Assembly: GCA_973895155.1 (NCBI GenBank)
Contig: OZ316895.1
Span: 11,306,858-11,370,857, forward strand
Reading direction: 5' to 3'
Origin: Marsupella aquatica
Taxonomy: Eukaryota > Plantae > Marchantiophyta
DNA length: 64,000 nucleotides
Shown here in pieces: positions 51,068-64,000 of the stretch. Made by a program: the position numbers and the translations under genes. Position 1 is the first letter of the stretch, and each line of letters opens with the position of its first letter. The notes beneath the pieces are model-generated. The model worked only from the letters and a program-made list of their open reading frames with translations. It searched no databases and was not told the origin of the DNA.

Positions 51068-52253
51068 ATGGCCTACTGTAGTGGTTTTGGACCTGACCCA
51101 CAGCGGGAGCTCCGGGCAGCCTGTCGAAATCAACTTTTTCGAGGGCTGCCTAGAAGATCAGCTTCTTATCCTACCCCATCTTGTTTTTCATTCCAGTTCA
51201 TTTTTTGTATGGAACTGAAAACTTTACTGACGAAGTAGACTAAAAACTTTCGACTCCAGTTCGTCTTTTTGATCTGCCCGCCTTAACCTCAACGACTTGT
51301 CATCATGTGACGGGTTCACTGAACAACGAATATCTCCTGCCTGCCCGACGATGAGCCAGAATGCTTCTGTGCTGCCCGCCGGCTCAATCCGGAGTGGGAT
51401 GTCTTCTTTTGCCTTGCCCGAATAATATGAAATGCACGCATCCTCCCGAAATTTCTCCTCCGTACTCTCGGTCTGCCGTCGATATCCTCTGACGGTGTTA
51501 TCTCACCGTCCGTGTGACGACTAGTCTGGCACTGACTTGTCAAGTTGTCAAGTGTCAACTGATGACTGTACGAGTGGTGCCCGGAGTGCCCAGGGGCCGC
51601 ATCTGGGTGCGGGCAGACACCCCTGTCAGAGATGTACGAGCGAGGATTGGATGGAACCCTGGCAAAGAATATACTACCGTATCCCTTACCCCCCCCTCGG
51701 CTCCCGAGTCCCCTGCCCGTGCCCCTGCCCGTTAGCCTCACCTGTTACACCGTGGTTTCCCGAACCGCTGCCTGCCCGCCTCTTCCCCAATGGCAATGGA
51801 GGTGGCAATTTGATTTTTTCTTTCAGTTCCCAACTAGAGTATCTTATTGTCACTAAAGATGCTTCGAATTATAATAGACATATCCCTAGATTCATGCTTC
51901 ATTTTTGATTGATGCTTCTTTTTGTGCATCTTTGGGTAACAATTCAACATATCTGCAAACTTGCTTAACTAGGGATGACTGGTGACCTATTTTGACAATG
52001 TGGCATAACATGACCAACGGAGGAAGAAAGTAAATATATGGATGGAAACTTTTCTGGCAACCACATCTAGGGAAAGAGCCTTAAAGGAAGAAACGAATTC
52101 AGGCCAGAAACTTCTGATAAGGAATCTTCTCAGCATCTTCTCCTTCACCCAAGATGTCATTCCCAACTTTGTTAAAAAGAAAAATACTTAAAAATGACGC
52201 CGGCAGGTACCTCTTGTCCCGGGCAGGAAACAACAGAAACACATTTATTATTT

Positions 52254-55318
<3,065 letters not shown>

Positions 55319-55823
55319 TTCATGCAACAATGCTCCTGGTTGCAGCAACATCTGGACCAGTCAAATCTTCAAACGAAGGCCAGTATCAAACATTTTTTGG
55401 CTTAGATTTCATGGCCTTTTACTCAATAATGCCCATTGGCTTCCTGCCATCTGTAACGTCCAGCACCTTAGTGACTCTTCCTGTACAGCAAGTACCTTTT
55501 GGGATGGAGTTATCCGGGAACTCGAGCCCGAGCCATTTGGACGACACCTGCCGTTGGCTCCGGACAGAGGAACGAAATATATACTTCAGCAATGATAATA
55601 CAGAAGAGAGGATCGCAACTAAAATTGCTTGAGGTCCTGCTCCTCACTGGAATGGGTGGAACCTCATTGCAGTCGATATTGATATAAAAACACTGGTTGC
55701 CCTGCAATCCCGCAACCTTGTTGAGGATCCGGCGTGCAACACGCTTGTGTTCATGGCCAATTAACTCCGTCCTGTCCGTGACCAGCAAAGCAGAACTCCA
55801 CCAGTTTCAAACACGTCTTCCGT

Positions 55824-58305
55824 CTATAGAAAGTCCTTCATAGGGTCATCAAAGTGGACCTTCTTCATTCTGTAGGCCTCCATGTCCTCTTGCGTAACCT
55901 ACAGACAATACGGCCAACAGCAGCGTACAATCAACCACTGGAAACAGGCATGTGATTATATGTGCAACGCAAGGTGACCCTAGCTAGATCGGCTATACTT
56001 TTCCAAGTACTCCGAAATGTGTACAGCTACTTGCTAGGCAGAAGATCTGGGATGTTCTGAAAACGTCACATACCTCATCTGAGTACGTTACATTATACTT
56101 TCGCTTGCGTTCATCCTTCTCTTCTTTCAACCTCTCATCCTCCTGCACAATTTGCATCACAATGTCTCGTCCGAGTGTCATAGTAAGCGAACAATACTTT
56201 GTCCTGGCGACAGTCAGTAGACGACGTGCAATGCCGGAGAAATGCAAGTTCATTCCAACCTCGAGAGACTGAAACCTGACTAGACAGAAACTCATGAATA
56301 GGGTACACGACGAAAATCTGAGCGATGAACAATGCTATGTACTTTCAGAGCTAGTATGCATAGTAAATAGAATGGTACGGGCCCCGGTCAAGATTACAGC
56401 TACAATCCACGCACAACCACCAAATGAACCTCGCGGCCATGCATCACCAAAATTCCTGCTAGATAGTGTCGTCATCTTTACACGGAGATATGGTGTTTCT
56501 ATATATTTCCCCACCTCACAAACAGTGAAAAAAGCATCCCTAGTTCAATCTCAACTTTGTAACCATCCACTTCTGGATTTCCGAGACATGACACGAAACC
56601 ATCAGATAGGTTCCCACTAGACAGTGTCATCATCCCTGCAAGGAGATAAGCTGTCTCTATCTAATTTCTCATCGCATGCATATGTCGGATAGCAGACTCT
56701 GATTGGTGGCAGTTCCTGTTTGTAGTGAAGTAGTAACACCCACAAAGATTTCGCTTTCAACAGATTACCGAGACTAGGCTGAAGGCCATACAGGAGACTG
56801 ACACACTGCAGCGTTGATAAAGAAAGCAATAGTACTTAGTTCTCGAGCCAAAATTATATTTCATCCATTCTAAACAGTCGGTTGCAGACAACAAACATTC
56901 TTCAGTGCTGCTTTCAACTTCTTTTGATCTAGCACTGCATCCGCCACCTCACTTCCCCAGGTTGCCGCATTCTTCTCTTCTCTTTGTGCTGGTTTTTCTG
57001 GGAGGGCACCAGCAGAAAATATATTAGGACTATAATCATATCCCCAAAGACCCCTAAATCTCCGCTTGAAGACGAATTGGAAGAAACATATCGATAGTGC
57101 TAAAGATCTGTACAATGGCGAGCCTTGCTGAAACACAGATACAACAGGAAATTTTAGCCAGACCTGTCATGAAGCGCATCTTGAAGTTCCAAAAACATCC
57201 GTGACCAAGGAGAATAAGGTTCATTTTCATCAGTCCCCGAGAGGATAATTCCTGAACGGGCTGTGACGGATCAGCAAAACAGAATCGACAAAGACATACC
57301 CTGAAGTGCACTTTTCTTCTCAAGATTGATTCGCATTGACTCAGCAGAAGCTTCAGCTGCCTCAATACCAGCTTACCCAGTACAGTAGCTATTACGCACA
57401 AATGACCTACAGCACTTGTAACCCCGTTGCCCGTCCTTCCACCACGAACCCCATACTGTTGTATTATTGTTGATGAAAACATCCTCCTCATATTTACTAT
57501 TTGCCACTGCCTTCTCCTGCCCCTTGATAATCCGGCCTGCTCTATCATACTCGACTTGTCGATCTGTTTCACTTAGCAATATCTCCATAGGTGGCCTTTC
57601 TTTCGCTGCAGCAGCATTTCCATACTTCTCATATATGACCTCCTTGTATTTGAGTCTTGAGTTTCTCCTTCTTGATTTTAAATTCCCTTTGAAGAAGCGC
57701 AGCTTGTGACGATGCAGCCTGCAAGTGAATGTCTTGTCCTTTCTCATAAGCCTGCCAAGCATGAATGTTCAGCTGTTTGAACTCCTGAGCTTGCCCACTA
57801 ACACGAATTTGATTGTCTCCCTGTATGACACAGTTGGAAATCAATTAGTCCTTGCGCCACAAGAAGAATCGTTAAACTGCAAATCTGGAAGATAATCCGA
57901 GTCTCCAAGAAATGCAAAGTAATTAGACTCACAGAATAAAATTTCTCATTAGGATCTGTCTCTGGAAGTGGATCTTCTCGCATTGACCGGGTTTTGGGGT
58001 CATAATATGCTGAATTTGTATCCAAATCCAGCAGATACTTTACTGTGTCCTCCCGAATACGAAGATTCCTGTGACGCGAGACAAAAACATATCAGAATAG
58101 AGAAGAATCATCACCACGGAAAACAACCGTCGTCGGAATCTACGATCATTAAACGCACGCATTCTCAGACATTCACCATGATCGTAACCGAAGGTTTCGA
58201 AGAAATGCAAACGAAAGTAGCAAAGAGGCCACAGAGTTTACGACTTAAGGGACCTCACCTGACAGTCCCAGTACTTCCACGGCCACTAGTTCTAACACGT
58301 TTCTA
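55824..58305 (-). pseudogene. SLU7: Pre-mRNA splicing factor SLU7, 5'-truncated intron-containing pseudogene
   Basis: KRVRTSGRGSTGTVR|[96 protein letters not shown]. Frameshift near 57645, premature TAA at 57373-57375, N-terminal half absent. Confidence 0.92.
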
Positions 58306-60202
58306 AGTAACAAGTTTTGAGTGACTAGTATTAGTGGGGGTCATCTGATCCATTCATGACACGAACGTTTTCTAGTGGACAAACTAAATTAATTAAATTT
58401 TTCTAGTGAACAAACTAAATGAATAAATGACCAAAATTTTCAATAACACAAAATGAATGATCGGACAATGACTATCCAAAATGATCAATAGATTGAAATG
58501 ACAAAATGACAATTTTTACATCATTTTATAAAATGTATGTAATGACTGATATGACCAAAATGACACAAGTTTCCTAAAATGGTCAATTTAAACATATGTC
58601 CTAAATGACACAATCAATCACAACACTGATAAATCAGTGTCTAGCACCATTGTAGTCACTTTGGACAATGATTGAAATGACTAACAATTTATTTGAATCA
58701 TTTTGGACAACCATGATAAATGACAAAAAATTGGAATTACGAGAGTGGTGGGATTTCCCAGTTACTGAGGGGTAGGACAAGTGAATCTTTCCCCTGCATT
58801 AATTGTGTACACTGAGAATGCCTTCTTGTTGCTCCGAATCCAGGGAGTGGAGCATGTACTGTGGGAGTCCGTTCAACGACGTTTTCCACCATGGTCAATA
58901 GCATCCCAAAGTAATTGTGATACTGCGTTCACCGTTTGACAAAGCCCTTACTCTTCTCTAAACTGTATTAGGATACATTCTACACAAACAAGAATAAGGT
59001 AGAGGCTGAACATCAGCACATCCCTTAAAGCCTCACTTGGCCCGATGCAAAACCTGGTGGATAAGTCCAAAATGTTCTCAAGAAACGAAAAACTTACTCT
59101 TTTATCCTCTACAAACCTGATGGCCAGTGGCGGTTTAAGAGGAAAAGGATAGCCGCCACTTAGGGATCTGAGGTCAGTTCAGCTCTCACGGCATAGGACT
59201 GCCCAAATGTAACTCAATGTCATCGGTTGGTTTGCAATTTTTACAGTCTAACTCAATCTCATGGGTTGGTTTGCAATTTGTACACAGTTTGCGAGTCGCT
59301 TTGTCATATAAAAATAGAAAACCCGGAGTTGAAAATTTTGTGCATGCTCTTCATATAATAAATCGAAAATCTGGAGTTGAAAATTCTGGGCACCTCATCT
59401 CGCACAATGAATGTCCCTAACCAAGTCCAATATGCATTTGTAAACCTGGGGAACTAAGGTCACTCAAAAAACCACCAAGTCTACCGTGCGAGGTGCTGTA
59501 GTCCATAACCAACATGCAGATGGGAACATACATCTTATCGTCGTCAGTAAAGTACGTCCAGACCATTGGTTCTGCTGAGACTCATAAAAGAAATTAACGC
59601 AACCATTTGATCCACCTTGTCACTCTTGAAGAGGCTGTCGAGGGGACATGTATTAACGACATTCAAACAAAACCCTCAAATGGGAAAAACATCCTGAATT
59701 CCTGACTTGATATGTATGAATGCCAACACGCAGAGTTTTCAACGGACGAGGAGATTTTACCGATTGCTGCCAGTTTGCTGTCAATTTCCCGATTGATGTA
59801 AAGCCAGTGTTTCCAAAAAATGAGAAATACCCTTAATTACTTGAATTACACTGACGCCAGACTTACCTTCTACACTAAGTATATCCGATTCAGTGCCCTG
59901 AAAGCACTCAAGCTGTCCGAAGAGTTCCCGAAAGACTGCTCCTACCCAGCGTTTGTAAACTTGGGTGCCATTGACATCCTGAAGAGTCCAAAATTTAAAG
60001 CCGACTAAAGGCCTTAATAAGAGGTTTGAAAGGAACAGCTGACAGATCTCAACAAGCCAACTGATACAGTCCAAGCGAAGGCTTCCAAGATGAACGAAAA
60101 GCATTCATGATATTCACCTGCATAAGGTTGCATGAAACCTTACATTACGGTCTCTATCATACGGCACATTCATCAAAGCAAGAACCAAAAAGGATCCGGG
60201 CC

Positions 60203-62511
<2,309 letters not shown>

Positions 62512-62820
62512 CTTTCAAAAATTTACCTTGCACAATTGATGATCGCCTTATGCAGATATAATTTCTCTTGTCCTGTCGCCCAAACCGACAACCTGTCAAG
62601 TCCAACCAGACATGCAACCTATCGAGAATTGAGGCAAAATTTAGCTCTTCGTAGACATCATCCGGACATGCTCCGAATGGAACACCCAGCGAGTACTGTG
62701 TGAAACGCTATTCTTGCCCTTTCCTACCCACAATCCAGCGAATCTCATACACTTGGGTAGCGGAAATTTGGGTGGTGGGTGGGGTTCCATAAAACGACTT
62801 ACCAGCAACGATGGGCGGGG

Positions 62821-62825
<5 letters not shown>

Positions 62826-62862
<37 letters not shown>
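62826..62862. repeat. (GA)n microsatellite in the leader region of the right DBR copy
   Basis: About 18 units, against about 7 CT units at the matching left-arm site (~52571). Confidence 0.95.
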
Positions 62863-62863
<1 letters not shown>

Positions 62864-64000
62864 AGCGAAATCTCATGGACTCTGTAGCGGAGATTGAGGT
62901 GGTGGGTGGGGTTGGATAATGCGACTTATTACCCAGGACCGACGGTCGACGAGGAGAGGAGGCAATTCTGACTGAGAAAAGAAGTGGAGGGGGAAGAAGA
63001 GACAGCGAGAGAGAGATCGTGGAGTTGCGGAGTTTCTCGAGAGAGCGTTTTTCAACGCTCTGCTTATCCTCTGGCCGTCAGATCGGGTCGAGGTGGCGAA
63101 ATCGAGTGCGGGATCTGGTGCGTGAATTATTGGGCGGGGGGGGGGGCGAGGGAGTATTATGGGCCCAGGCAATAATAATAACTAGTACTACCCCGACTAC
63201 CTCTTCTTTGAATGTGAATAGCTAAGAGTAGTATACAAGTATTATGAAAATACATTCTCTATTCATATTCTTTGAAGGTTACTGAAATGATAAAAAAACT
63301 CATCATTTTAATAGTCATATATAATATACCATTCTCCTTTCTGTGCACATTAGTCTTTTTGTATGCACATCCATCTTCTATGCACTATGTTGTGGTGGGA
63401 CCATAGTGCCATATTTTTAGAATGTAAATACTTGAAAATCATCACAAAATTTTTGCATGTATCGGTTGACATACATCATAGTCATGTCAACAATTTTTCC
63501 CATGCACATGATGGCCACGGGGATGGCCATAGAGTTGCGGTCTAGAGGCTTCATGCTAGACCTAGGCTCTTAAAAGTAGACCTCAGTTGGCTTTTTTATA
63601 GTAAGATGTGGGTCCAGCTCAATTCTTTTGGGTGGATGAGATTGCCAAAGTGCATTCAATAGAGTGTTGTCAAAGTGCATTCAAAGGAGTGTTCTATGTA
63701 GGAGGAGTGTTCTATGTAGGCTAGATCAGATTGCCAAAGTGCATTGAAAGGAGTGTTATAAGTTTGTATTTTTAAATTCATGTGGATAAAATTTAATTTT
63801 GTAGAATTGACATCTAAAGCTCATCTACAATAATAAGAGGATGTGACAAGAATAATGAACCACTAGTTGGAAATATCTATGATATTATCTTGGGCAACTT
63901 AGTTTGAAGATTCAATTTGTTAATATATGCTAATAAAACAAAATTCTCATCATTGTCCTAATGATCATGGCAAGTGGAAATAAAGACAAAAACCATAAGT

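Noticed and set aside
51307-51748. Possible small solo LTR (TGTGACG...TGTTACA)
   Set aside because: Flanks CATCA/CCGTG do not form a TSD and there is no second copy in the window.

Overview
Eukaryotic land-plant nuclear DNA, judged from GT-AG introns, Ty1/copia elements and plant gene families; a non-seed plant is plausible but is only an inference. The first 12.5 kb is a retrotransposon nest: the 3' end of one copia element, then a 3'-truncated minus-strand copia carrying three insertions. One insertion is a 3,994-bp TG...CA unit with a perfect 5-bp TSD, no LTR pair and its own decayed long ORF behind a TATA box. The rest is a gene-moderate region: GT37 xyloglucan fucosyltransferase-like, ERG2/sigma1-like membrane protein (3 exons), GT31/DUF604 glycosyltransferase, tau-like GST and SWC6/SEF, plus solo LTRs, MITEs and many short local tandem duplications. 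At 52.2-63.2 kb a ~3-kb-armed inverted duplication carries two protein-identical 5-exon alkenal/double-bond reductase genes tail-to-tail around a 5'-truncated, intron-containing SLU7 pseudogene. No rRNA, tRNA or CRISPR array was seen. All family assignments are from motif recognition by eye, not database searches.
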